The notes beneath the pieces were generated by a model that saw only the letters and a program-made list of their open reading frames with translations, was not told the DNA's origin and did no database searches. The position numbers were made by a program, and so were the translations under genes. Below, one piece after another: positions 36,485 through 47,939 of a stretch of DNA of 64,000 nt. How positions within the stretch are numbered: the first letter of the stretch is position 1; each line of letters starts with the position of its first letter. The stretch comes from Bacteroidales bacterium (lineage in GTDB: Bacteria > Bacteroidota > Bacteroidia > Bacteroidales > FEN-979): contig DAONET010000001.1 of the NCBI GenBank assembly GCA_035403225.1, positions 52,281-116,280 of the forward strand, given 5' to 3'.

Positions 36485-36490
36485 TTTTAA

Positions 36491-38479
<1,989 letters not shown>

Positions 38480-38509
38480 TTGACTTGCTGACCATATTGG
38501 AACAATTTT

Positions 38510-38517
38510 TATATTTG
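38510..38517 (+). promoter_or_regulatory. Bacteroidota -7 promoter box TATATTTG for the efflux operon
   Basis: Exact TAnnTTTG match, 19 nt upstream of ATG 38537. Confidence 0.55.
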
Positions 38518-38536
38518 CGTTCCTAATATAACTTTC

Positions 38537-39898
38537 ATGTCAACCAAAAAGTACATCTATCTCTTTGGCGGGATTCTCGTAATCGCTGTCATACTCTATT
38601 TTATCTTTGCCAAACCTGCACAAACAGGACAGGTATCCGTGAAAGTCAAAAAGGGCAAGTTCCCTATTGAAGTGACGACTACGGGAGAGTTGATCGCCAA
38701 ACGGTCGGAAAAAATCTACGGTCCTGAAGGACTGCGCCAGATCCAGATCTGGCAGGTCAAAATCTCTGATATCATTCCCGATGGTACTGTCGTTGATTCA
38801 GGCGATTATGTCGCCACCCTCGATCGTACCGAGATCTCCAACAAGATCAAAGATGAAGAGACGAACCTGGAAAAACTCGAATCTCAAATGACCAAAACCA
38901 GGCTGGATACCTCTCTGACACTCCGCAGTGCCAGGGATGAACTGGTCAACCTCGCCTTCAACCTGGAACAGAAAAAAATCGAGCTTGAACAATCAAAGTA
39001 TGAACCACCTGCCACCATCCGGCAGGTACAGATCGAACTTGAAAAGGGGCAGCGTGGACTGGAACAGGCACAGGAGAATTATAAGCTCCGCCTGAAAAAA
39101 GCTGTAGCCGATATGGTGGAAGTCTCGGCTTCCTACAACCAGGCTAAACGCAAGCTTGAACAATTCAGGAGCGTGCTGGGATCCTTCACAGTTTCTGCTC
39201 CCAAGTCGGGGATGGTGATCTACAAAAGAAACTGGGACGGCAATAAACAGGGAATAGGCTCAACAGTCAGTTCCTGGGATAATATTATCGCCGAACTTCC
39301 CGATCTTTCCGAGATGATCTCCAAGACGTATGTCAACGAAATCGACATCAGTAAGATCAAAGTCGGCCAGCCCGTAACGATCGGAATCGATGCCTTCCCA
39401 GAGAAAAAATTCACCGGAAAGGTCACCATGGTGGCTAACATCGGGGAACAGCTGCAGAGCACCAACGCCAAAGTCTTTGAGGTGAACATCCTCATTAAAG
39501 AGTTCGACTCCATCCTCCGTCCTGCCATGACAACCAAGAATACCATCATCACGGCGATCATTGACAGCGTATTGTTCGTACCCATCGAAGGGATCTTCAA
39601 TGAAGATTCCATTTCCTTTGTTTACAAAAAAGATGGAGCCGGCATTGTGAAACAGCAAGTGGTGGTAGGCATGAGCAACGACAATGAGATCATCGTCCGG
39701 GCCGGGTTGACAGAAGACGATGAGATTTTCCTGGTTCCTCCCAAGGACTCGGAAAAAATGAAATTGAAAAAACTTGATCCATCCATTCTGAAGAAATTTG
39801 ACACCCCTGGTGCACAAGCTCCTTCAAAGAATGACTCCAACGTCAAAAAACCCCTGCCAGGTCCCCCACCCACCGGAAGGAAGAATAAGCGTTCATAA
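38537..39898 (+). CDS. HlyD/MacA-type periplasmic adaptor (membrane fusion) protein
   Basis: 453 aa with an N-terminal TM anchor, a long coiled-coil hairpin, then a beta-barrel domain (GQPVTIGIDAFPEKKFTGKVTMVA). Confidence 0.8.
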   Translation: MSTKKYIYLFGGILVIAVILYFIFAKPAQTGQVSVKVKKGKFPIEVTTTGELIAKRSEKIYGPEGLRQIQIWQVKISDIIPDGTVVDSGDYVATLDRTEISNKIKDEETNLEKLESQMTKTRLDTSLTLRSARDELVNLAFNLEQKKIELEQSKYEPPATIRQVQIELEKGQRGLEQAQENYKLRLKKAVADMVEVSASYNQAKRKLEQFRSVLGSFTVSAPKSGMVIYKRNWDGNKQGIGSTVSSWDNIIAELPDLSEMISKTYVNEIDISKIKVGQPVTIGIDAFPEKKFTGKVTMVANIGEQLQSTNAKVFEVNILIKEFDSILRPAMTTKNTIITAIIDSVLFVPIEGIFNEDSISFVYKKDGAGIVKQQVVVGMSNDNEIIVRAGLTEDDEIFLVPPKDSEKMKLKKLDPSILKKFDTPGAQAPSKNDSNVKKPLPGPPPTGRKNKRS

Positions 39899-39915
39899 TT
39901 AATCAACTTTAATTA

Positions 39916-41310
39916 TTGCCTGTGTTTCAGCGTTATCTTTACATTCTGAACATCTCCCTGGAAGCGGTTTTTCTCAACAAATTCCGTTCAGTGCTCACGG
40001 CGTTGGGCATCATCTTCGGAGTATCGGCCGTGATTGCCATGATGGCGATCGGCAATGGAGCCAAGAAAGAAATCCTTGACCAGATGAAGCTTGTCGGGGT
40101 CAATAATATCATCATCATGCCGATTTCGGACAAGAATAAAAGCGCTTCCGGCGAAAGCAGCAGTAGTAGTTCGGAGTCGACAGAGAGCACCCAGCAGAAC
40201 GATGATAAAGCCCCTAAAAAGTTCTCTCCCGGCCTGACCCTGAAGGATGCGGAAAGCATCAAACAGATCATCCCCACCGTCGATCGCGTTTCTCCTGAAG
40301 TGATTTACAACGTAGATGTGATCAAGGACGGCGTAAGATCGCCCCTGAAGCTTTCAGGCGTCACCCCTGACTTCTTTTACGTATTCAACCTGGATCTTCA
40401 ATCGGGAGAGATGTTCAATGAAGAACAGCTCCGGGATGGCAAACCGGTGTGCATCATCGGCCCTACCCTGCAGTCGAAATTCTTCCCCAAAGAAAACCCG
40501 ATCGGAAAAGAAATCAAATGCGGCAATATCTGGCTTCGCGTGATCGGCGTGCTGAAGAAAAGGGATGTTTCGCAGTCTTCCATTAATGACCTGGGAATAT
40601 CTGATTATAACAATTCGATCTATGCTCCCATCCAGACACTTTTCCGGAGGTACAAAGACCGGGCCTTGATTACCGCCTCCACGATCAGCGGACAGGGAGG
40701 GGTGATTTACAGCGGCAATTATGCGATTGCCTTTGGAGGAGAAGAAACAGGCATTGAAAAGAACCAGATCGACAAGATTGTAGTCCAGGTGAAAGAATCC
40801 TCCCAAATAACCGCCACCACAGAGATCCTGAAAAAAATGATCAACCGTCGTCACGTGGGAGTGAAAGATGTGGAAATAAAAGTCCCGGAATTATTACTGA
40901 AACAGGAACAACGGACCAAAGACATCTTTAACATCGTGTTGGGAGCCATTGCCGGCATCTCGTTGCTGGTCGGCGGTATCGGGATCATGAACATCATGCT
41001 GGCCTCTGTCATGGAAAGGATCAAAGAGATCGGCATCCGCCAGGCCATCGGAGCTACCAAACGCGATATCAAACTGCAGTTTCTGACCGAAGCCACCCTG
41101 TTAAGTATCACCGGTGGTCTCATCGGGATCATCTTCGGTCTCGCTCTGTCGAAAATCATTATGGAGGTGAGCGGGATTCTCACGATTATCTCTCCGCTTT
41201 CCATCATTATCTCTTTTGGTGTTTCAGCATCCGTTGGGATCATCTTTGGTTATATGCCCGCCAACAGGGCTGCCCGGCAAGATCCGGTCATCTCGTTACG
41301 ATATGAATAA
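39916..41310 (+). CDS. MacB/FtsX-type ABC transporter permease (no fused ATPase)
   Basis: 464 aa with a TTG start. It has a MacB_PCD-like periplasmic domain between TM1 and TM2, and a C-terminal FtsX domain (ERIKEIGIRQAIGATKRDI...PANRAARQDPV..LRYE). A Ser-rich insert (SASGESSSSSSESTEST) is present. Confidence 0.8.
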   Translation: MPVFQRYLYILNISLEAVFLNKFRSVLTALGIIFGVSAVIAMMAIGNGAKKEILDQMKLVGVNNIIIMPISDKNKSASGESSSSSSESTESTQQNDDKAPKKFSPGLTLKDAESIKQIIPTVDRVSPEVIYNVDVIKDGVRSPLKLSGVTPDFFYVFNLDLQSGEMFNEEQLRDGKPVCIIGPTLQSKFFPKENPIGKEIKCGNIWLRVIGVLKKRDVSQSSINDLGISDYNNSIYAPIQTLFRRYKDRALITASTISGQGGVIYSGNYAIAFGGEETGIEKNQIDKIVVQVKESSQITATTEILKKMINRRHVGVKDVEIKVPELLLKQEQRTKDIFNIVLGAIAGISLLVGGIGIMNIMLASVMERIKEIGIRQAIGATKRDIKLQFLTEATLLSITGGLIGIIFGLALSKIIMEVSGILTIISPLSIIISFGVSASVGIIFGYMPANRAARQDPVISLRYE

Positions 41311-41329
41311 TTTTTAACGGACCCATCTC

Positions 41330-42847
41330 ATGAAAGGAATAAAATCTCTCGTGTCACTCGTCGTATTGTCGCTGGTTTCCTGCACAGTTTCCGCCCAGGT
41401 TCAGCAACGGATTCTGAAGTTGGAAGATGCCATTTCCATCGCCCAGAGCCAATCACCCGACGCCCTGAAAACCCGGCAAACATTCCGGAGCAGTTTCTGG
41501 GAATACAAATCGTTCCGGGCCCAATACCTCCCGTCGATGAGCGCCGATGCTACCGTTCCCTTGCTTCAGCGCGCCATCAACACCTATTATACCGAAGACG
41601 GAAAGGTCAAATACGTCCGCCAGGAGTACCTTAACAACAATGCCGAGTTATCCATCTCACAGCGGCTGGGCTTCACCGGTGGATCCATCTACCTAAACTC
41701 CGGACTAGGCAGAATTGACGACCTCCCCATCACCGATTCGACGTTCTCCTATACCTCTACGCCCATTTATATCGGAATCCGTCAACCGATCTTCCAGTTT
41801 AACGCTTATCGCTGGGACAGAAAGATCAAACCTCTCCAGTATGAACAAGCTAAAAAAGAGTACCTGGAAGGACTTGAACAAATCTCGATCAATGCCACCA
41901 CCTATTTTTTCAATCTTCTCAGCGCTCAGATCCAAAAAAAGATTGCAGAGGCCACCATGTCAAATTACGATACGCTGTACCGTATTGCCAAAGGACGTTA
42001 TCAGCTGGGCAAGATCGCGGAAAATGACCTTCTCTCGCTGGAGCTGAATTATCTTAGCGCTCAGGCAAAGCTCGAAACGGCCTCTATCGACCTCGACATG
42101 GCTCTTTTCCGTTTCAGGTCGTACCTGAGAATCAAAGACACCATCCCCGTCATGTTGATTCCTCCGACAAATATCCATTTCTTTACAGTCAACCCCTTAG
42201 AGGCGGTCGATTTTGCAAAAACCAATTCTTCCTCCTTCATCGATTACGAAACACGAATCCTGCAAGCTGCCCGTGACGTGCGACAGGCCAAGATGGACGG
42301 CCGATTTGATGCCAACCTCTCAGCAGGATACGGGCTGAACAAGACGGCTGTTTATAACGAGTATACCCACACCTCTCCTACTATCGAGGATGTTTATAAG
42401 AATCCTGAAGAATCGCAACAAGTTTCTCTTACTTTATCCATCCCGATCTATGACTGGGGAGTAGCCCGCGGGCAGATCAAGATCGCCGAAGCACAGCAGG
42501 AAATCGTGCTGAATGAAGTGGAACAAGAGAAAATCGATTTCGAACGAAACCTGTATATCAAAGTCCTTCAGTTCAACATGCAGGAAAACCAGCTCCGTAT
42601 CGCAGCCAAATCAGATACTGTGGCCCGGAAAACCTATGAAGTGGTGAAAGGCCGCTACCTGATCGGCAAGCCCGTGACTATCCTGGAGCTGAACGACGCA
42701 CAGATCAATACCGACAATGCGCAACTCCAATTCTACAATGCCCTGGAAACATACTGGACCAATTATTTTCAACTTCGGAAACTGACGCTTTTCGATTTCG
42801 GCAACAACAGACCGATCATGTTCAACATAAAAGATATTCAGTTGTAA
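41330..42847 (+). CDS. TolC-family outer membrane efflux protein
   Basis: 505 aa with a signal peptide, the N-terminal L.L.DAI..A...SPD motif, and two OEP repeats. Confidence 0.85.
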   Translation: MKGIKSLVSLVVLSLVSCTVSAQVQQRILKLEDAISIAQSQSPDALKTRQTFRSSFWEYKSFRAQYLPSMSADATVPLLQRAINTYYTEDGKVKYVRQEYLNNNAELSISQRLGFTGGSIYLNSGLGRIDDLPITDSTFSYTSTPIYIGIRQPIFQFNAYRWDRKIKPLQYEQAKKEYLEGLEQISINATTYFFNLLSAQIQKKIAEATMSNYDTLYRIAKGRYQLGKIAENDLLSLELNYLSAQAKLETASIDLDMALFRFRSYLRIKDTIPVMLIPPTNIHFFTVNPLEAVDFAKTNSSSFIDYETRILQAARDVRQAKMDGRFDANLSAGYGLNKTAVYNEYTHTSPTIEDVYKNPEESQQVSLTLSIPIYDWGVARGQIKIAEAQQEIVLNEVEQEKIDFERNLYIKVLQFNMQENQLRIAAKSDTVARKTYEVVKGRYLIGKPVTILELNDAQINTDNAQLQFYNALETYWTNYFQLRKLTLFDFGNNRPIMFNIKDIQL

Positions 42848-42908
42848 AAAACGGTGATCCAGTAAGAAAAAATTTTTATTTTTATTTATACTATTTCTAA
42901 ATAAGCAT

Positions 42909-42916
42909 TATCTTTG
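42909..42916 (+). promoter_or_regulatory. Bacteroidota -7 promoter box TATCTTTG for the peroxiredoxin gene
   Basis: Exact TAnnTTTG match, 33 nt upstream of ATG 42950. Confidence 0.55.
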
Positions 42917-42949
42917 CTGAAAATTTGTATAACCTAAAAAGTAAAGATC

Positions 42950-43582
42950 ATGTCAGTACTTGTTGGAAAAAAGGCCCCGGTTTTCGAAGCTGATGCAGTC
43001 GTCAACGGTGGCGAGTTCACAGAGAAGTATTCCCTGGAACAATTCCTGGGGAAAAAGTATGTAATTTTCTTTTTCTATCCTCTTGATTTCACGTTTGTTT
43101 GTCCTACGGAGCTGATTGCTTTCCAGGAGAAACTTTCGGAATTTGAGCAACGCAATTGTGCCGTAGTAGCCTGCTCGGTTGATTCGAAGTTTTCGCACTG
43201 GGCCTGGCTGAACACCGAGAGGAACAAAGGGGGCATTAAGGGTGTCACCTACCCGATAGTATCGGATATTACGAAGACGATATCGGCGAATTACGATGTC
43301 CTGGCCGGTAATTATTACACGAACGAAGAGGGAGAGCTTGGCTTCCAGGGTGATGCCGTTGCCTATCGCGGGCTGTTCCTCATCGACAAAAACGGGATTG
43401 TTCGTCACCAGATTGTCAACGATCTTCCGTTAGGCCGTAGCATCGACGAAGCTCTCCGCATGTTGGATGCGCTGATTTTCAACGAAGAGAACGGTGAGGT
43501 TTGTCCTGCTAACTGGCACAAAGGGGAGTCAGGGATGAAAGAAACCGCCGAAGGAGTGGCCAGTTATCTGTCAAGTCACTAA
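42950..43582 (+). CDS. Typical 2-Cys peroxiredoxin (AhpC/Tsa family)
   Basis: 210 aa with the peroxidatic Cys in FFFYPLDFTFVCPTE and the resolving Cys in GEVCPANW. Confidence 0.9.
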   Translation: MSVLVGKKAPVFEADAVVNGGEFTEKYSLEQFLGKKYVIFFFYPLDFTFVCPTELIAFQEKLSEFEQRNCAVVACSVDSKFSHWAWLNTERNKGGIKGVTYPIVSDITKTISANYDVLAGNYYTNEEGELGFQGDAVAYRGLFLIDKNGIVRHQIVNDLPLGRSIDEALRMLDALIFNEENGEVCPANWHKGESGMKETAEGVASYLSSH

Positions 43583-44355
43583 ATCTCAAGTTTTTTGGCT
43601 TCTTTCCAAAAAACGTCCATTTCGGCCAATGACATTTCCTGGAGGGGCTTTTGCCCCTCTTTTGCTTTTTCTTCGATAAACTGAAAACGCTTGATGAATT
43701 TGCGGTTGGTATGTTCGAGCGCGTCTTCGGGATTTACATCGATGAAGCGGGCGTAGTTGACGATGGCGAAGAGGAGGTCGCCCAATTCATTTTCGCGTTC
43801 TTCGCGGCTCAACCCTGTTTTCACGGCCTCTCTCAATTCTTTCAGCTCTTCCGTCACCTTATCCCAAACCTCATCGGCATTATCCCAGTCGAAACCCACG
43901 CCGCTGGCTTTTTCCTGAATCCGGTATGCTTTGACCACCGCGGGGAGCGATCCCGGGACACCGGAAAGGACCGAGCGGTTGCCTTTTTCCTTTAGTTTGA
44001 TCTTCTCCCAGTTATCCTTTACTTCTTTGGCGCTGTTGACCACCACATCTCCAAAAATATGAGGGTGGCGATAGATTAGTTTCTCGTTAATGCTATCAAT
44101 CACATCCCTGATATCAAAACTACCTGTCTCCGAACCGATTTTAGCATAAAATACCAAGTGAAGCATCAGGTCGCCCAGTTCCTTCTTAATGCCCTCCATG
44201 TCTTTTTCAATAATGGCATCAGACAGCTCATAAGTCTCCTCAATAGTAAGGTATCGCAGGCTTTCCAGGGTCTGTTTCTTATCCCATGGACATTTAGCCC
44301 GAAGTTCATCCATAATCTCAAGCAACCTTTTAAAGGCTTCCGTTTTCTCTTTCAT
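43579..44355 (-). CDS. mazG: Nucleoside triphosphate pyrophosphohydrolase MazG
   Basis: 258 aa with tandem MazG domains (CPWDKKQT..SL....IEE.YE, EELGDLL). Confidence 0.9.
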   Translation of the reverse strand: MKEKTEAFKRLLEIMDELRAKCPWDKKQTLESLRYLTIEETYELSDAIIEKDMEGIKKELGDLMLHLVFYAKIGSETGSFDIRDVIDSINEKLIYRHPHIFGDVVVNSAKEVKDNWEKIKLKEKGNRSVLSGVPGSLPAVVKAYRIQEKASGVGFDWDNADEVWDKVTEELKELREAVKTGLSREERENELGDLLFAIVNYARFIDVNPEDALEHTNRKFIKRFQFIEEKAKEGQKPLQEMSLAEMDVFWKEAKKLEI

Positions 44356-44416
44356 TGAACCTGTTTTCTACAAAATTACGGATTTATCCTCATCTTTGTA
44401 ACCTTAACAAATCCTT

Positions 44417-45604
44417 GTGCCCACTGCATCATTCACCACCGGACCGCGTCCTGCCAAAGTTTGTTGCCTGTTGTTTCTGGTGATATTATGCCGGTATCAG
44501 GTCATGGCTCAGGGAGAGCACAAACTTTTCAATCAGAATCTCTATATAGAAAGCAAGGCCTATTACGGGTTTCTGTATGCCCATCACCTGGAGTTGGAGC
44601 GGTACAACGCACATTTTCCGGCGTTTGAGCTGAATGTTCAACAACTTACTTTCGGGAAGCATGAATGGGAACGTGCCTTTAATTATCCGATCATCGGCGT
44701 CGGATTATGGTATTCGTCGTTAGGCGGTTCCGACGAGATAGGACGGGCTTTTGCGCTCATGCCGTACATCAACTTCCCGTTGTTTAAGGAGAATAATTTC
44801 AGTTTCAATTTCCGCTTTGCCATCGGTCCCGGTTATCTGACGAACCGGTTTAACCGGATCTCCAACTTCAAGAACCTGGCCATTGGCTCGCATCTGAATG
44901 CAGCCGTCAACATGATGTTTGAAGCCCGTTATCGTGTCAACACCTATTTTTCCACCTCTGCCGGCATCTGCCTGCAACATTTCTCCAACGGATCATTGAA
45001 AATGCCCAATTACGGGTTGAATGCCCCGATGTTGAGCCTGGGATTGAGTTTCAAACCGGCCCGGGAAAACAGGTTTATCTCCGACCGTTTCTACCCTCCG
45101 GTGGAGCCCTACTCGGCCATTCTCACTCATTCCATTGAATTTGACGTCGGCGTTTCGGCCGGATACAAGAATATGAAGGAGGTGCTCGGTAAGAATTATT
45201 ACGTGTTTCATGTTTACGAGAACACTTTTTACCGGGTAAGCCGGAAAAGCAAATGGGGTATCGGCTTGGATGCATCTTATGATCCTTCGCATATTGATAT
45301 TCTGAAGAAGAAGGGGACCATCGTCGAGAACAACACGGAAATAATCCGTCCGGGCATCAATGCGGCTTATCAGTTGGTTCTCTCGCGTGTCGGTTTCATC
45401 TTCAACATCGGGGCATACCTCGGTGGAGCGGAACGCAGTAATGGTCCGCTGTATGAAAAGATTTCTGTCCAGTATCAGTTCTCCGACGACTTTTTTGCCA
45501 ATGTCATGCTGAAAGTTCATTTCGGAAGGGCCGATTACATCGGGTGGGGAATTGGTTATAAATTTGATTGGACGTTTGATAAGGGAAAAGCGCATAAACC
45601 ATGA
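44417..45604 (+). CDS. PagL-like acyloxyacyl hydrolase / lipid A 3-O-deacylase family outer-membrane protein
   Basis: 395 aa with beta-barrel-like alternating sequence and a His-x-Ser-Asn-Gly motif (LQHFSNGSLKMPNYGLN) resembling the PagL catalytic His/Ser strand. The GTG start is uncertain. Confidence 0.55.
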   Translation: MPTASFTTGPRPAKVCCLLFLVILCRYQVMAQGEHKLFNQNLYIESKAYYGFLYAHHLELERYNAHFPAFELNVQQLTFGKHEWERAFNYPIIGVGLWYSSLGGSDEIGRAFALMPYINFPLFKENNFSFNFRFAIGPGYLTNRFNRISNFKNLAIGSHLNAAVNMMFEARYRVNTYFSTSAGICLQHFSNGSLKMPNYGLNAPMLSLGLSFKPARENRFISDRFYPPVEPYSAILTHSIEFDVGVSAGYKNMKEVLGKNYYVFHVYENTFYRVSRKSKWGIGLDASYDPSHIDILKKKGTIVENNTEIIRPGINAAYQLVLSRVGFIFNIGAYLGGAERSNGPLYEKISVQYQFSDDFFANVMLKVHFGRADYIGWGIGYKFDWTFDKGKAHKP

Positions 45605-46341
45605 AACGTATTCCGCTATTCATCATCATGTTGATATTTTCCCTGGCTATGTTCAGCGGGTGTGAAAAATCATCGGAGAACTGCCTGAGCAACACCGGAA
45701 AGATCATTCGCCAGGTTCGTTTCCTGGAGCCGTTTGATTCGATCAGCATGAACGATAATGTGAACGTGATCCTTTCCTACGACTCAACTTGCGGGGTGAC
45801 TGTTGAAGCCGGAGAGCACATCATCGATGGCATCAAGACGGAGGTGTCGGACGGGAACCTGATCATCCACAATAACAATATCTGCAACTGGACGCGTGAT
45901 TACAGCAAGCCGATCAATGTTTATATCTCTTCGGATTACTTGTGGAAGATCCGCTATAATTCCTCGGGCGACCTGACTTCGGCCACCATTCTCCCCTACG
46001 ATTCCCTGAAGGTGGAAGTATGGGGAGGTTGCGGGACAATAGAATTGAGTCTGAACATCGTTCAGGGGTATTTCAGCGAGAACCTGGGCACTGCTGATTT
46101 CCGGCTTCACGGGAGTTGTGGTATATGCAATATTTATTCGGGAGAATATGGTCCTTTTCATTGTGAGGACCTCGACATCTCCTATTGCTTCATCACGTCG
46201 TCAGGTTCCAATGATTGCTGGGTGAATGCATCGAGGATTCTGGGAGCGACGATCACCTCCATCGGCAACGTGTACTACACCGGCCAGCCCGATTCCGTTT
46301 ATTCACACATCACGGGTGAAGGCCGTCTGATCCACTATTGA
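45601..46341 (+). CDS. Lipoprotein with DUF2807 / head GIN (autotransporter-adhesin-head-like) domain
   Basis: 246 aa with a lipobox (AMFSGC) and repetitive beta-solenoid-like GSGD/GSG segments. Its ATG overlaps the upstream stop in ATGA (45601..45604). Confidence 0.55.
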   Translation: MKRIPLFIIMLIFSLAMFSGCEKSSENCLSNTGKIIRQVRFLEPFDSISMNDNVNVILSYDSTCGVTVEAGEHIIDGIKTEVSDGNLIIHNNNICNWTRDYSKPINVYISSDYLWKIRYNSSGDLTSATILPYDSLKVEVWGGCGTIELSLNIVQGYFSENLGTADFRLHGSCGICNIYSGEYGPFHCEDLDISYCFITSSGSNDCWVNASRILGATITSIGNVYYTGQPDSVYSHITGEGRLIHY

Positions 46342-47817
46342 TCAGTATGCACGGGCAAAGAGCACCCGCTGAGTAGAAGGTCTTCCCGAATAGATGCACT
46401 TACCGTTTTCCTTGGGGTTATTCAGCGGGATAACACGGATAGTAGCCTTGGTTTCTTCTTTGATCTTCTCTTCGGTTTCCGTAGTGCCATCCCAATGGGC
46501 GGAGATAAAGCCGCCGGTGGTGTCGAGCGTACGTTTGAACTCTTCCCAGGTATCCACCCGGAAGGTATTGTTTTCCCGGAAGTCGTAAGCCTTGGCAAAC
46601 AGGTTTTTCTGAATCTGATCCAGCAGGTTCACGATCTTCTTTTCGATATCGGTAATCTGGAGGACATCTTTTTCGAGGGTATCGCGGCGGGCGACTTCCA
46701 CGGTGCCGCTTTCCAGGTCGCGGGGTCCCACCGTGATGCGGACAGGTACGCCTTTAAACTCATATTCGGAAAACTTCCAGCCGGGTTTATGGGTTTCCTG
46801 GTCATCGTATTTTACCCGGATACCTTTGGCTTCGAGTGCTTGTTTGACCGGGAGGATTTTTTCGGTAATAGCCGCCAGCTGATCGCTGGTTTTAAACACG
46901 GGTACGATAACAACCTGTACCGGTGCCAACTTCGGAGGCAGCACCAGTCCGTTATCATCAGAATGCGACATGATCAGTGCGCCCATCAACCGGGTACTTA
47001 CGCCCCAGGAGGTAGCCCATACATAATCCATCTGGTTATCCTGGTTGAGGAACTTCACATCGAAGGCCTTGGCAAAGTTTTGTCCCAAGAAGTGGCTGGT
47101 TCCGGCCTGCAGTGCTTTCCCGTCCTGCATCAGCGCTTCAATAGCATAGGTCTCGACAGCGCCGGCAAAGCGTTCATTCGGGCTCTTGATTCCTTTTATC
47201 ACCGGGATAGCCATCCAGTTTTCCACAAAATCGGCATAAACATTCAGCATGGTCTCTGCTTCTGCGATAGCTTCTTCCTTGGTGGCGTGTGCGGTATGGC
47301 CTTCCTGCCAGAGAAATTCTGCTGTCCGGAGGAACAATCTTGTCCTCATTTCCCAGCGAACCACGTTGGCCCATTGGTTGATCTTCAGGGGGAGGTCACG
47401 GTATGAATGGATCCAGTTTTTATAGGTATCCCAGATGATGGTTTCGGAGGTTGGTCTGACGATCAATTCTTCTTCCAGACGTGCATCTTCATCCACCACC
47501 ACTCCTTTTCCATCGGGAGATGTTTTGAGCCGGTAATGGGTCACTACGGCACATTCTTTGGCGAAGCCTTCTACATGATGAGCTTCGCGGCTGAAGAACG
47601 ATTTCGGGATGAAAATGGGGAAATAAGCGTTTGAGTGACCGGTGTCTTTAAACATTTTATCCAGGACACCCTGGATCTTTTCCCAGATAGCATAACCGTA
47701 AGGTTTGATGACCATACATCCTCTTACTGCCGAATTCTCGGCAAGGTCGGCCTTGATTACCAAGTCATTATACCATTGTGCGTAATTATCTGAGCGGGTA
47801 GATAAATCTTTAGCCAT
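46342..47817 (-). CDS. proS: Proline--tRNA ligase (archaeal/eukaryote-like type)
   Basis: 491 aa with class II aaRS motifs ([29 protein letters not shown]) and a C-terminal zinc-less ProRS-C domain ending in Y. Confidence 0.95.
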   Translation of the reverse strand: MAKDLSTRSDNYAQWYNDLVIKADLAENSAVRGCMVIKPYGYAIWEKIQGVLDKMFKDTGHSNAYFPIFIPKSFFSREAHHVEGFAKECAVVTHYRLKTSPDGKGVVVDEDARLEEELIVRPTSETIIWDTYKNWIHSYRDLPLKINQWANVVRWEMRTRLFLRTAEFLWQEGHTAHATKEEAIAEAETMLNVYADFVENWMAIPVIKGIKSPNERFAGAVETYAIEALMQDGKALQAGTSHFLGQNFAKAFDVKFLNQDNQMDYVWATSWGVSTRLMGALIMSHSDDNGLVLPPKLAPVQVVIVPVFKTSDQLAAITEKILPVKQALEAKGIRVKYDDQETHKPGWKFSEYEFKGVPVRITVGPRDLESGTVEVARRDTLEKDVLQITDIEKKIVNLLDQIQKNLFAKAYDFRENNTFRVDTWEEFKRTLDTTGGFISAHWDGTTETEEKIKEETKATIRVIPLNNPKENGKCIYSGRPSTQRVLFARAY

Positions 47818-47869
47818 TTTACAGTTTGGTATGATATTTGCTGTTTTCTTATTACTTAAAAGAACAAGG

Positions 47870-47877
47870 CAAAATTA
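47870..47877 (-). promoter_or_regulatory. Bacteroidota -7 promoter box TAATTTTG for proS
   Basis: The reverse complement of caaaatta matches TAnnTTTG, 52 nt upstream of the proS ATG. Confidence 0.5.
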
Positions 47878-47924
47878 AACAAAATATGGGAGTCATTACT
47901 AAAATAAAGAGTACCAAAACATTC

Positions 47925-47932
47925 AAAGGAGG
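47925..47932 (+). promoter_or_regulatory. Shine-Dalgarno-like ribosome binding site AAAGGAGG
   Basis: Lies 7 nt upstream of ATG 47940, which supports 47940 as the true start of the low-complexity lipoprotein. The track start at 47838 (TTG) lies in the promoter region. Confidence 0.6.
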
Positions 47933-47939
47933 TATCATC

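Noticed and set aside
42860-42900. An AT-rich stretch (aaaaatttttatttttatttatactatttctaaataagc) upstream of the peroxiredoxin gene.
   Set aside because: It lies immediately upstream of the TATCTTTG promoter box. It is most simply an UP-element-like promoter context, with no repeats or boxes suggesting an origin or a mobile-element end.
47838-47939. The track start (TTG 47838) would add 34 residues to the low-complexity lipoprotein.
   Set aside because: The extension lacks signal-peptide character and overlaps the promoter region. ATG 47940 has a strong AAAGGAGG RBS at ideal spacing and is followed by a textbook lipoprotein signal.
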